In this document: positions 19,919-29,468 of the stretch, in pieces
Layout: each line of letters opens with the position of its first letter
Position numbering within the stretch: position 1 is the first letter of the stretch
Source: an uncultured bacterium
GTDB taxonomy: Bacteria; Fermentibacterota; Fermentibacteria; Fermentibacterales; Fermentibacteraceae
DNA length: 64,000 bases
Direction of reading: 5' to 3'
NCBI GenBank assembly: GCA_964603785.1
Contig: CAZRWD010000001.1
Location: forward strand, 24,352 to 88,351
Program-made: the position numbers and the translations under genes
The notes under the pieces: generated by a model
What the model was told of the DNA's origin: nothing
What the model saw: the letters and a program-made list of their open reading frames with translations, nothing else
Databases searched by the model: none

Positions 19919-20023
19919 CTCGACCCCCTCCGGCGGAAACCGTGCACTATCCTGAAGCACGCGGTTATGATATACAGACGAGGTTTGTCCGGCACACGGC
20001 CGGGGGTGGAGGTTTCGGAAGCC

Positions 20024-20758
20024 ATGAAGGAATACGGGTCATCCACGTACGGAGATGTCATAGCACCAATCTACGACGAGCTGTACCCCTCGGCGGAGCC
20101 GGAGGCTCTCGACCTGGTGGCCGCTCTCGCCGGGGATGGCCCTGTACTCGAGCTGGGCATAGGAACGGGGAGATTCGCGCTTCCCCTGGCCGAGAGGGGG
20201 CTGAGGGTGGAGGGGGCTGACGCCTCCGCCGCCATGGTGCGCAGGCTTCGCTCCAAGCCGGGCGGGGCGGACATCCCCGTTCACATCTGCGACATCGCCG
20301 AACTGCCCGGCGGGATCGGTCCCTACTCGCTGGTGTTCTGCGTCTTCAACACCTTCTTCGGGCTGCTCACGGCCCAGGCCCAGCAGGCCTGCCTGAGGAG
20401 CGCCGCCGGCCTTCTGCTCCCGGGAGGCAGGCTCCTTCTGGAGCTGTTCGTCCCGGATCTGGGGAGGTTCGACAGGGGTCAGTGCGTCAGGGCTCTCGAG
20501 GTGAGGGGCGATGCAGTGGCCCTCGAGGTGTCCAGGTTCGATCCGCCCACGCAGGTGGTGAGTTCTCAGAGGGTGTACCTCTCGGACAGGGGGGTCAGGC
20601 TCTATCCGGTGGCGGTGAGGCTCGCCTGGCCCGCCGAGGTGGACCTGATGGCCGCCGGGGCGGGGCTGAGGCTGGAAGACCGGTGGTCGGGCTGGGACCG
20701 GGGCGCCTTCGGCCCCTCCAGCACCCGTCACATCTCCGTCTACCGTCCGGGATCGTAG
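20024..20758 (+). CDS. Class I SAM-dependent methyltransferase
   Basis: VLELGIGTGR, GADAS..M, L.PGGRL; ATG 20024. Confidence 0.88.
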   Translation: MKEYGSSTYGDVIAPIYDELYPSAEPEALDLVAALAGDGPVLELGIGTGRFALPLAERGLRVEGADASAAMVRRLRSKPGGADIPVHICDIAELPGGIGPYSLVFCVFNTFFGLLTAQAQQACLRSAAGLLLPGGRLLLELFVPDLGRFDRGQCVRALEVRGDAVALEVSRFDPPTQVVSSQRVYLSDRGVRLYPVAVRLAWPAEVDLMAAGAGLRLEDRWSGWDRGAFGPSSTRHISVYRPGS

Positions 20759-20947
20759 GCGAAGGCGTCGAAGAGGTCGACAGGGATGCGAACGGATTCC
20801 CCGGACCACATGTCGTAATAGATGACTTGAGACATCAATGAAGCGATCTCGCGGAATTCCGGGAACGCAGATTGCATGCAGCTGCATGCCAGCAGTTTAC
20901 CGAGGCCATTTCAACGATTTCAAACCCGAAGGGGTCGGTACGGGCCG

Positions 20948-22498
20948 TCAGCGGAGGATGGCAAGTCTCGAGCTGATCGTGGATCCTTCCGCCTCCGCCG
21001 ATACGACATACACCCCCGAGGGCAGGTTCTCCAGCTGCAGAAGCGCCGGCAGCCCTCCGATGGATTCCGAGATCCCCACGATCCTGCCGGTGATGTCGCA
21101 GATACTCACGGAATAGTTTCCCCGCACCCCCGAGATGGACGCCTGCGCGCTCGACACGGCGGGATTCGGCCAGACGGCGAGGGTGCAGGAGGGTCCGGCG
21201 ACGCCTCCGCCCGGTGCTCCGGATGGTCCGAGGGGCATCGCCAGGCTCGCGAGAGCTGCGATGGCTCCCTTTGCACACAGCGTTCCGAAGGGCCAGTAGG
21301 AGGAGTAGTTCTCCAGGAGGTCCGTGGGGCTGTGGTAGAAGGGGTTGTCGTCGACCGCGTACTCGATTCCCAGCACGGCGGGGTATCCGTACTGCCAGAA
21401 CGAGGAGTGGTCGCTGTAGGTGGCCGAGGGATCGTAGACCGATACGACCTCGAGCTCCGGGACGTAGGTGCCCATCGCGGAGACCACCGCCTGGGCCAGG
21501 CCCTCCGACTGCGCGTCGTACGGTATCCACAGCGAGTCGAATCCGGGGGGCGAGTAGAGGATCATGTCGAGGTTGATGACCCCCTTGACCGCTTCACCCG
21601 CGGAATACGCCGACTGGGCGTAGAACTCGCTGCCGATGAGCCCGACCTCCTCGGCGCCGAAGCAGATGAACCTGACCGTATACCGGAAGTTATAGGGTGC
21701 CATGACCCTGGCCGCCTCCAGCACGGTGGCGGAGCCGCTCGCGTTGTCGTCCGCCCCGGGCGCCGAGTCGCTGAGCGGCCAGGTGATCGAGTCGAGATGG
21801 CCGCAGATGATGTATATGCTGTCGGGCTCCTCGAGTCCGGTGATCTCTGCGATCACGTTGCTCATGTCGTCACCGTAGAATGTGAACCACTGCTGATCGC
21901 AGGGAATCCAGTGGAGGCCGAACCACTGGTCCACCCATGAGGCCGCCTGGTCGTACTGGGGCAGGACGCAGAGCCTGGTGCCGTAGTCCTCCAGGTGCTG
22001 GATGGTCGCCATCAGGCTGTCCTCGCTCACGGCGGCCACGATGTCCTCGACCATGCCGTCGAATTCGCGCTGCTCCACCCGGGACGCTGCGGCCGAGCGG
22101 ACGTAGGGCCGAAGGGGATGGACCATCCTGATGCCGGGTCGCACGAAGAAGGGCGGTCTCTCGCCCGGGCAGAGGACGAGGGCCTCGTCGTCCCTCAGGA
22201 GGAGAACATCTCCGATCTCCCCCAGCCAGACCGCGCCCAGTTCGGAGGACAGGTGGACCATGACGAGACGTTCGATGTCGACCGGACCCTCCAGGAGCAC
22301 CGTGGCCGATCCGATGGCTTCCTCGCCTTCCGTGACCACGATGAGATAGTCACGGGCGCGGAAGAGGACGGTGACGTCCTCCGGCACGCAGTACTCATCC
22401 GCGAGCAGTGGGTCGATCTCGAACAGGCACAGGTCGCCCGTGGCCGCCGCCGCCCCGGTGGAGGTGGCCACCATCGTTGTCAGGAGGATACCCATCAT
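20948..22498 (-). CDS. M28 family metallopeptidase with C-terminal T9SS-like sorting domain
   Basis: GHLDS, GADDNASG, AEEVGLIGS, INLDMI, SDH; C-terminus WPNP...DITGRIV...LPSGVYVV. Confidence 0.9.
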   Translation of the reverse strand: MMGILLTTMVATSTGAAAATGDLCLFEIDPLLADEYCVPEDVTVLFRARDYLIVVTEGEEAIGSATVLLEGPVDIERLVMVHLSSELGAVWLGEIGDVLLLRDDEALVLCPGERPPFFVRPGIRMVHPLRPYVRSAAASRVEQREFDGMVEDIVAAVSEDSLMATIQHLEDYGTRLCVLPQYDQAASWVDQWFGLHWIPCDQQWFTFYGDDMSNVIAEITGLEEPDSIYIICGHLDSITWPLSDSAPGADDNASGSATVLEAARVMAPYNFRYTVRFICFGAEEVGLIGSEFYAQSAYSAGEAVKGVINLDMILYSPPGFDSLWIPYDAQSEGLAQAVVSAMGTYVPELEVVSVYDPSATYSDHSSFWQYGYPAVLGIEYAVDDNPFYHSPTDLLENYSSYWPFGTLCAKGAIAALASLAMPLGPSGAPGGGVAGPSCTLAVWPNPAVSSAQASISGVRGNYSVSICDITGRIVGISESIGGLPALLQLENLPSGVYVVSAEAEGSTISSRLAILR

Positions 22499-22565
22499 CT
22501 CGCGCCCACCGGTCCCTTCCGCCCGATTCGGCTGTCCTGGGAATGGCATGCTGACATTCAGCCGG

Positions 22566-22907
22566 TCATCCCCTTCCGAGAAGGTCGGAGAGGATGCCGA
22601 GCAGGAACAGGCCCGTCTGGATGACGGCTATCACGAAGGCCGTCCGGGCCCTCTTCGGGGACGACTTCAGGGACAGCGCCCATATCACCCAGGCCAGGGG
22701 GAAGAAGAACAGGCAGAGGCATCCGAGTCCAACCCCCAGCTTGTCCTCGGTCCGGTGGACGTAGCGCACCTCCCGGATGACCACCTGCTGCGGAGCGGTG
22801 TTCGCGGGTGGGATCGGGTCGTGGAACAGCGAGCGGCAATAGGCGCACCGCCAGGCTTCGCCCTCGCGCCGGAGATCGTCGGCCCCGCAGTTCACACACT
22901 TCGTCAC
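22566..22907 (-). CDS. Small membrane protein with N-terminal zinc ribbon
   Basis: CVNC...CAYC followed by two hydrophobic segments. Confidence 0.7.
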   Translation of the reverse strand: MTKCVNCGADDLRREGEAWRCAYCRSLFHDPIPPANTAPQQVVIREVRYVHRTEDKLGVGLGCLCLFFFPLAWVIWALSLKSSPKRARTAFVIAVIQTGLFLLGILSDLLGRG

Positions 22908-23056
22908 TGCCGCCTCCCGCGTGAATCTACCGTTTCCGGGACGATCCGCGCCACTCTGCCCCCCCGCGCCCTCCGGGCTTATGTTACCGCGTGATCCGAG
23001 TACTGCTCCTGCTCTGTTCGGTCAAGGCGCGCTCCGCCGGGGGCGCGGTCGCATCG

Positions 23057-24664
23057 ATGTGGGAGGGCAACCGGCTGAAGCTCTTCGCGGGCTTCGTGAC
23101 GATCTGCGTCATAGCACCCGCGATGTTCCTCCTGTTCAGATTCCTGTTCACGAGGCTCGTGACCATCGACGACAGCGAGTTCGGCATCGCGCTCTCCTCC
23201 AGGCTCCTCTCGTCGGCCTTCATGGCCTTCTCCGTGTTCCTCGCGATATCCTCGATGATCAGCGGGATCTCCACGCTCTACCGCTCCAGGGAGACCACGA
23301 TGCTCCTGAGCCTTCCCGTCGGGTCGGCCCCGGTGGCGGTGTTCAGGATCTTCGAGAGCTGGTTCTACGCGGGCTGGTCGACGCTGCTCCTGGGCCTTCC
23401 GGTCATCCTGGCCTTCGCCTCGGTCGTGGAGGGAGGGACCGGCACCGCGATCATGGGCATGCTCCTGCTCGTACCGCTCATCCTGGCCTCCACCGCATCG
23501 GGAACCGTTCTGACCGGTCTCTTCTCCAGGCTGGGCGGCATGGGCCTCCTCCGAAGGGGAGCGGCGGGGGTGGTGATCGGGGCGGCCCTGGCCCTCATCC
23601 TCTATTTCCAGGGCGCCAGGCCCGGGGCGGTCGTCATACCCGACTCGAGCGCGGGAAGCCTCGACGCGGTTCATCGCTTCGTGGCCGGCCTGCCTGCAAC
23701 GGGTCATTCCATATGGCCTCACGCGCTGTTCGGAGAGGTTGTCGGGCAGGTCGCGGGCGGGGGCAGCCGCGACTATGCCATGACGGCAGCGGCGATACTC
23801 ACGGCCGAGGCTCTCCTGGCGGCGATCGCCGCCCTTCTCCTGACCGCGCCGGGATTCAGGGCCAGGCACTCGCGCATCGCCTCCGATTCCGGCGGCTCGA
23901 GCAGCTCCCGCAGGTTCTTCAGGAGGGGCGGCCTACAGAGGGCGGTTCTCGAGAAGGACCTCCTCCTGTTCGTCAGGGATCCCGTCCAGCTGAGCCAGCT
24001 CGCACTGCTCGCAGGCCTGTTCCTGATGTACGCATCCAGCCTCTCGCGCTTCCCGGTGGACTTCTCGCAGAGGATGTGGCTGGGCGTGGCCGTGTTCATG
24101 AACGTCTCCTTCTCCGGATTCGTCATGGCCACCCTGCTGGTGAGGTTCGCCTTCCCCCTCGTCAGCCTCGAGGGCCCCGCCATCCCGTTCGTCCTGCAGA
24201 TGCCGGGGGCCAGGCGCAGGCTGCTCCGGTCGAAGTGGACATTCGCCATCGCCAGCGTCCTCCCGCTCATGCTTCTCGCAGGCCTCCTCTCCTCCGTCAG
24301 GCTCGGAGCATGGAACCTCTTCCTCATCGAGACGCTCGGGTCCATCGTGCTCATGTCCTTCGCCCTCTCCAGCATCAACACCGCCCTGGGAGCGGTCTTC
24401 CCGAGCTTCTCGGACAACAGCCCCGCGAGCATAGCAAGCGGTCAGGGAGGGATAATCGCGGCCTTCGCGTCCATGGGATACGTCCTCTCCATGGTCACCG
24501 CGCTCTCCTACGCAACGAGGGCCTACCTGGTGGAGGGCTTCCGGGAGCGGGCGATCTCGGGTCCCCTCGCCCTGACGGCCGTCATCACCATCCCCCTCAC
24601 CGTCCTGGTCTCCGTCCTCTCGATGAGGGGGGCGCTGCGCAGCTTCTCGAGGAGGGACTTCTGA
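23057..24664 (+). CDS. Putative ABC-2-type transporter permease
   Basis: More than 10 TM segments; LLLSLPV, EKDLLLFVRDP, VSLEG motifs typical of this permease family. Confidence 0.78.
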   Translation: MWEGNRLKLFAGFVTICVIAPAMFLLFRFLFTRLVTIDDSEFGIALSSRLLSSAFMAFSVFLAISSMISGISTLYRSRETTMLLSLPVGSAPVAVFRIFESWFYAGWSTLLLGLPVILAFASVVEGGTGTAIMGMLLLVPLILASTASGTVLTGLFSRLGGMGLLRRGAAGVVIGAALALILYFQGARPGAVVIPDSSAGSLDAVHRFVAGLPATGHSIWPHALFGEVVGQVAGGGSRDYAMTAAAILTAEALLAAIAALLLTAPGFRARHSRIASDSGGSSSSRRFFRRGGLQRAVLEKDLLLFVRDPVQLSQLALLAGLFLMYASSLSRFPVDFSQRMWLGVAVFMNVSFSGFVMATLLVRFAFPLVSLEGPAIPFVLQMPGARRRLLRSKWTFAIASVLPLMLLAGLLSSVRLGAWNLFLIETLGSIVLMSFALSSINTALGAVFPSFSDNSPASIASGQGGIIAAFASMGYVLSMVTALSYATRAYLVEGFRERAISGPLALTAVITIPLTVLVSVLSMRGALRSFSRRDF

Positions 24665-25047
24665 CCGTCGCCGCAGTCGACTACGGAAGGGTCAGGACCG
24701 GGATCGCCGTTCTCGTGGAGGGCGTCCCCCTGCCGCAGGATCCCGTCCTGGGCGGCGGCTGGAGGGCCATCCTTGAGAGGCTCGAGACCCTCAGGAGCGA
24801 ACGGGGCGTGACCAGGGTCGTGCTCGGTCTGCCTCTCACCGCCGGGGGCAGACCCACCGAGCTGTCGGACGAGGTCGGATCCCTCTCCGAGGCCATCGCC
24901 GCAGCCGGTTTCGAAGTGGTGACGATACCCGAGGCCGGCACGACCGCCGAGGCGTCCGGCCTGCCCGGCAGGAGGAGCCGGTCCTCGGGCAGAACCGACT
25001 CCCTTGCCGCCCTCATCATCCTGGAAAGGTACCTGGCATGTCATTGA
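24661..25047 (+). CDS. ruvX: Holliday junction resolvase-like / pre-16S rRNA nuclease RuvX (YqgF); probable CTG start
   Basis: AVDYGRVRTGIA, VVLGLP, DSLAALIILERYL; located upstream of mltG as usual; AGGAGG 5 nt before CTG 24661. Confidence 0.82.
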   Translation: MTVAAVDYGRVRTGIAVLVEGVPLPQDPVLGGGWRAILERLETLRSERGVTRVVLGLPLTAGGRPTELSDEVGSLSEAIAAAGFEVVTIPEAGTTAEASGLPGRRSRSSGRTDSLAALIILERYLACH

Positions 25048-26045
25048 AGAAGTCGATCATCCCGCTCGCCGTGCTGCTCGCTCTGTCGATCTGCGCCCTG
25101 CTCGTCCTGGACTGGGCCATGGGTGCTCCAGGCGGCGAGAGGGAGGTGGTGTTCAGGCTGGAGAGGGGCTGGGGCGCCCGGGAGACGGCCGAGGCGCTGG
25201 CCGACTCGGGTCTCGTCCGCTCCGTCCCCTACCTGCTGTGGAGGGCACGGGAGACCGGTCTCGCGTCGAGCTTCCAGGCCGGGAGCTACCTGCTCTCGAC
25301 CTCGATGCCCCCCGACACGATCCTGGCCGTCATCTCGTCGGGGAGGGTGATACCGGTGCCCACCAGCTGGGTGACCATCCCCGAGGGTCTCACCCTGGAG
25401 GAGACCCGCGACCTCCTCTGCTCCTCACTGGGCCTGGGGCAGGAGGAGCTCGACTCCCTCCTGCACGACGAGGGATTCGCTGCTTCGCTGGGGATTCCAG
25501 GCTTCGAGGGCTACCTGCACCCGGAGACGTACGAGTTCGCCGACACCCTCGGGGCCGCCGAGGTCGTCTCGCGCATGGTCGGGACCGGTCTGGAGAGATG
25601 GGAGCCCGGGTGGGACACGCTGGTGCGGGCATCCGGTCTCGAGCCGCACGAGGCGGTGATTCTGGCCTCCATCGTGGAGAGGGAGGCGAGGCTCCCGGAC
25701 GAGCGGCCCGTGATCGCCGGCGTCTTCCTGTCGAGGCTCAGGCGGGGCATGAGGCTGGAGAGCTGCGCAACCGTGCAGTACGCGCTGGGAGAGGTCCGCG
25801 AGACGCTCACCTACGCAGACCTTAGGATCGAGAGCCCCTGGAACACCTACCTCCACGAGGGCCTGCCTCCGGCGCCGATCTGCTCGCCCGGGCTCTCCGC
25901 CATCGAGGCCGTGGTATCCCCGGACACCTCGACCGGTTATCTTTACTTCGTGAGCAGGGACGACGGCACAGGGGGGCACCTGTTCGCATCGACCCTCGCG
26001 GGGCACAACGCCAACATCCGCCTGGCGAGGTCCGGAGGACATTGA
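25038..26045 (+). CDS. mltG: Endolytic transglycosylase MltG
   Basis: TIPEG, EGYLHPETY, LASIVEREA, RLESCATVQY, SPWNTY..GLPP.PI, YLYFV. Confidence 0.93.
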   Translation: MSLKKSIIPLAVLLALSICALLVLDWAMGAPGGEREVVFRLERGWGARETAEALADSGLVRSVPYLLWRARETGLASSFQAGSYLLSTSMPPDTILAVISSGRVIPVPTSWVTIPEGLTLEETRDLLCSSLGLGQEELDSLLHDEGFAASLGIPGFEGYLHPETYEFADTLGAAEVVSRMVGTGLERWEPGWDTLVRASGLEPHEAVILASIVEREARLPDERPVIAGVFLSRLRRGMRLESCATVQYALGEVRETLTYADLRIESPWNTYLHEGLPPAPICSPGLSAIEAVVSPDTSTGYLYFVSRDDGTGGHLFASTLAGHNANIRLARSGGH

Positions 26046-26069
26046 CGGGCGTTCCGCCCGGCGTATCTT
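26042..26069 (+). promoter_or_regulatory. Putative sigma70-type promoter of the SPFH operon
   Basis: TTGACG-N16-TATCTT. Confidence 0.5.
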
Positions 26070-26100
26070 GACTGCCGAACGCGCTTCCAGCGCTGAAAGG

Positions 26101-26637
26101 ATGGAGGAGATGGGCGACGAAGGCCGGAAGCTCGGATTCCTGGAGAAGGCCGTCAGGCTGATCCCGGGATACAAGGGCTACAAGAACAAGGAGGAGAGGC
26201 GCGACAACGACCAGCTCCTGCGCATGATGCTCGTCCAGAGGCTGGAGATCATCCGCGGGGGCCTGAACGAGGTCGTCAACAGCCTCCGCGGCCCCGCCGC
26301 GCTGATGGCCGCCGGCGAGGTCGACCGCCTGGTCAAGCGCCTCGAGAAGGTGACCGACGAGATCAGGTTCGCCGACAGGGGCTACAGGGGCTGGTTCGAC
26401 GTCCACAAGGTCCAGGAGGAGGAGCTCGACGCCCTTTACGAGTTCGACTCGGGCCTGGCCGAGGACATCGGTCTGCTCGAGGAGGCCATGCAGGCCCTCT
26501 CGGAGGCCGCCCGCGGCGGCGAGAGCATCACTGTGCACGTCGGCGGAATGCTGGACCAGCTCCTGAGGTTCAGCGAGAAGATGAACGCTCGCAACAATCA
26601 CATGATCGATCTCGAGCACAACAGGCCGATCGACTAG
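26101..26637 (+). CDS. Hypothetical all-helical protein preceding the SPFH gene
   Basis: Clean ORF with typical codon usage; IPGYKGYKNKEERRDND motif. Confidence 0.75.
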   Translation: MEEMGDEGRKLGFLEKAVRLIPGYKGYKNKEERRDNDQLLRMMLVQRLEIIRGGLNEVVNSLRGPAALMAAGEVDRLVKRLEKVTDEIRFADRGYRGWFDVHKVQEEELDALYEFDSGLAEDIGLLEEAMQALSEAARGGESITVHVGGMLDQLLRFSEKMNARNNHMIDLEHNRPID

Positions 26638-26656
26638 AAGCGGCAGGGGGTGGAGC

Positions 26657-27799
26657 ATGGTCAAGAGACTCGAGATAATCGAATGGCTCGACGACACGGG
26701 CAGGGAGATGGTCCACCGCGAGCCGCAGTCGGGCTCCGGTGAGTTCAGGATCGGCAGCCAGCTCGTAGTCCGGGAGAGCCAGGAGGCTGTATTCTTCCGC
26801 GACGGCAAGGCCCTCGGCGTGCTCGGTCCCGGCAGGCACACGCTCACCACGCAGAACATCCCGTTCCTCACCGAACTCGTGGACATGGCCTTCCAGGGCG
26901 AGGGCTCGCCCTTCAGGGCGGAGGTCTACTTCGTCAACAAGAAGACCTTCACCGAGATGAAGTGGGGGACCAAGGAGCCCATCATCTTCAGGGACAAGGA
27001 GCTCTCCATCGTGAGGCTCCGCGCGTTCGGCAGGTTCTCCGTCAAGGTCAACCAGAGCCAGCTCTTCGTCAACAAGCTCGTCGGCACGGAGGGCCGCTAC
27101 ACCACCGAGGCCATCGAGGGCTACCTCAAGGATGTCATCAACTCCCGCCTCGCCGACATCCTGGGGGAGAACGTCGAGAGCATCTTCGACCTCGCGAAGC
27201 TGTACGACGAGGTCGCCTCGCTCTCGAAGGCCCGCCTGTCCGACGACTTCGAGAAGTACGGCATCCAGCTGGTCGACTTCTACATCAACGCCATAACGCC
27301 CCCGGAGGAGGTCCAGAAGAGGATCGACGAGCGGTCCTCGATGGCGGCCCTGGGCAACATGGGCGAGTACATGCGCTACAAGACGGCGACCGCAGTCAGC
27401 GATGCGGCCCAGAACCAGGGCGGGGGAGGCGGTGCGGCCGCCACCGGCGTGGGTCTGGGGGCCGGTGTCGGCATGGGCGCGGCCATGGCGCAGATGATGG
27501 CCGGAACCATGGTGCCCGGACAGGCCGCGGGCGGAGCGGCTGCAGGCACGGCGGCCCCTGCAGGAGCCCTCGTCGTGTGCCCGTCCTGCGCGAAGCAGGT
27601 CCCGGCAGGCAGGTTCTGTCCCGAGTGCGGCAAGGCGATGGGCCAGGTCTGCCCCAAGTGCGGGGCCCCGGTTCCGCAGGGAGGGAAGTTCTGTCCCGGG
27701 TGCGGCGAGAAGCTCGGGGGCGGGTCGACCTGCTCGTGCGGCGCCGCGATCCCTCCCGGGAGCAAGTTCTGCCCCGAGTGCGGCAAGAAGGTGGAATAG
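26657..27799 (+). CDS. SPFH/Band-7 (YdjI-like) protein with C-terminal multiple zinc ribbons
   Basis: SQLVVRESQEAVFFRDG, LGPGRHTL, KWGT; Gly/Ala-rich linker; six CxxC-like units (CPSC, CPEC, CPKC, CPGC, CSCG, CPEC). Confidence 0.9.
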   Translation: MVKRLEIIEWLDDTGREMVHREPQSGSGEFRIGSQLVVRESQEAVFFRDGKALGVLGPGRHTLTTQNIPFLTELVDMAFQGEGSPFRAEVYFVNKKTFTEMKWGTKEPIIFRDKELSIVRLRAFGRFSVKVNQSQLFVNKLVGTEGRYTTEAIEGYLKDVINSRLADILGENVESIFDLAKLYDEVASLSKARLSDDFEKYGIQLVDFYINAITPPEEVQKRIDERSSMAALGNMGEYMRYKTATAVSDAAQNQGGGGGAAATGVGLGAGVGMGAAMAQMMAGTMVPGQAAGGAAAGTAAPAGALVVCPSCAKQVPAGRFCPECGKAMGQVCPKCGAPVPQGGKFCPGCGEKLGGGSTCSCGAAIPPGSKFCPECGKKVE

Positions 27800-27805
27800 G
27801 CCGAG

Positions 27806-29467
27806 TTGCTCTCCACGGTCCACGGTGTCCTGAGGGAGGCTGCGGCCGCCTTCGGTGGAAGGACCGCGATAAGGGACGATTCCAGGTCCCTGACCTTCTC
27901 CGACTGGTGGCGCGCCTCCCTCGATCTCGCCGCCCGCCTCGGGCAGGCCGGAGTCCGGCAGGGTGACTCCGTGGGGGTCCTCTGCGGCAAGACCGTGCTG
28001 CTGCCCGTCTCGTTCGCCGCCGTCTCCCTCGCCGGAGCGCGTTTCCTCGCGCTGTCCCCGGGCTGGCCCGAGACGACGGCGCGCAGGGTCCATCCTCCGT
28101 CCCCCCGCTCGTTCACCCTGGCCTTCGACGGCATCCCTCCGGCGCTCAGGAGGGACAACAGCCTGAGAGTCGATCCGGAAGCGGTACTGACCGGAAGCCG
28201 GGAACCCTCCGACCTCCCGGTGGTCGACCCCGGATCCGACTTCTACCTCAATGTGACATCCGCATCGACAGGGATCCCGAAGGTCGCCCCCGTATCGCAC
28301 GGGGCGCTGCTCGCCAACACGAGGGGAGTCTGCAGCGCCCTACGCCTGACCGGGGACGATGTCCACATGTCCCTGTTCTCGGCCGCCGGACACCCCCACG
28401 AGCTCTTCATGAGGGGGCTCCTCCTGGGCGGCTCCACCATACTCACCGAGGGCAGGTATCCCCGTTCGGCGATCAGGCTCATGGTCGAGACCGGGGTCAC
28501 GGCGCTCATGGGCCTCCCCCCCCAGCTGGAGGGCCTGGCCCGCTTCAGCGGCAGGGAGTCCGGAGACCTCTCCGGCCTGCGATTCGCCGAGGCCGGAGGG
28601 ATGTACTCGTCCAGGACCTTCATCGACAGGTTCAACGACCTCGCCGGGGTCGACGTGATCCAGGTCTGGGGAAGCACCGAGACCTCCGGCGTGGCGCTCT
28701 TCGGCGAGCGCAACTCCGACTGCCTGTCCGGAGTGGTCGAGGGCTACGAGGCCCTGATAGCCGACCACGGGACGGAGCAGGCCGGCGAAGGCTGCCCGGG
28801 TGAGCTCCTGCTGAGGGGCGAGGCCGTCGTGAGGGGCTATCTGGGAGACAGGACGGCCACCGACGAGTGCTTCCGGGACGGATGGTTCCGTACGGGGGAC
28901 ATGTTCGTCCGCAACGGGAGGGAGATGCGCTTCGCCGGGAGGCGCGGCGGTCTCGTCAAGTCGGCGGGGCTGAAGGTGTTCCCGCTCGAGGTCGAGCTCG
29001 CGATCCTCAGGCATCCCGACGTCCTCGACACTGCCGTGGCGGGGGAGGACCTGCCCGGCAGGGGGGAGACCACATTCGCACGGGTGGTGCTGCGCCCCGG
29101 GAGGGAGCTGGGCCAGGCGGCGCTGAGGGCATTCCTGCGGGGCGTGATCGACGAGTACAAGATTCCTCATACCATAGCGTTCGTGCCCGACCTCCCACGC
29201 ACGCCAGGGGGCAAGCTGGACAGGGCGGCCCTGGGCCGGCCGCCCGGCGCGCCCGACTGGCGGGGAGAGCTGCTCAGGACAGACGTCGAGATAGTCCGTC
29301 TCCTCTGCCACAGGGCCGAGACGGCCGCCCGGGCGGGTGCCGTGTACGATCCGGCGTGGATGGAGGAGCAGCTCGAGAACGCGACGGGCCACAATCCCGG
29401 CCCCCTGTCCGACGACTCGGTGAGGGAGATGTTCGCCTTCATCATCAACACTCTGTCCAGGGGGTAG
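27806..29467 (+). CDS. Adenylate-forming (acyl/aryl-CoA ligase-like) enzyme fused to a C-terminal chorismate mutase type II-like domain
   Basis: TSASTGIPK, WGSTET, WFRTGD, VFPLEVE, TPGGKLDR; tail DVEIVRLLCHR...YDP...NPGPLSDDSVREMF resembles AroQ. Confidence 0.8.
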   Translation: MLSTVHGVLREAAAAFGGRTAIRDDSRSLTFSDWWRASLDLAARLGQAGVRQGDSVGVLCGKTVLLPVSFAAVSLAGARFLALSPGWPETTARRVHPPSPRSFTLAFDGIPPALRRDNSLRVDPEAVLTGSREPSDLPVVDPGSDFYLNVTSASTGIPKVAPVSHGALLANTRGVCSALRLTGDDVHMSLFSAAGHPHELFMRGLLLGGSTILTEGRYPRSAIRLMVETGVTALMGLPPQLEGLARFSGRESGDLSGLRFAEAGGMYSSRTFIDRFNDLAGVDVIQVWGSTETSGVALFGERNSDCLSGVVEGYEALIADHGTEQAGEGCPGELLLRGEAVVRGYLGDRTATDECFRDGWFRTGDMFVRNGREMRFAGRRGGLVKSAGLKVFPLEVELAILRHPDVLDTAVAGEDLPGRGETTFARVVLRPGRELGQAALRAFLRGVIDEYKIPHTIAFVPDLPRTPGGKLDRAALGRPPGAPDWRGELLRTDVEIVRLLCHRAETAARAGAVYDPAWMEEQLENATGHNPGPLSDDSVREMFAFIINTLSRG

Positions 29468-29468
29468 G

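Noticed and set aside
22921-25047. 708-aa ORF as one protein
   Set aside because: Only the last ~128 codons (RuvX) look real; the rest is an off-frame shadow of the permease.
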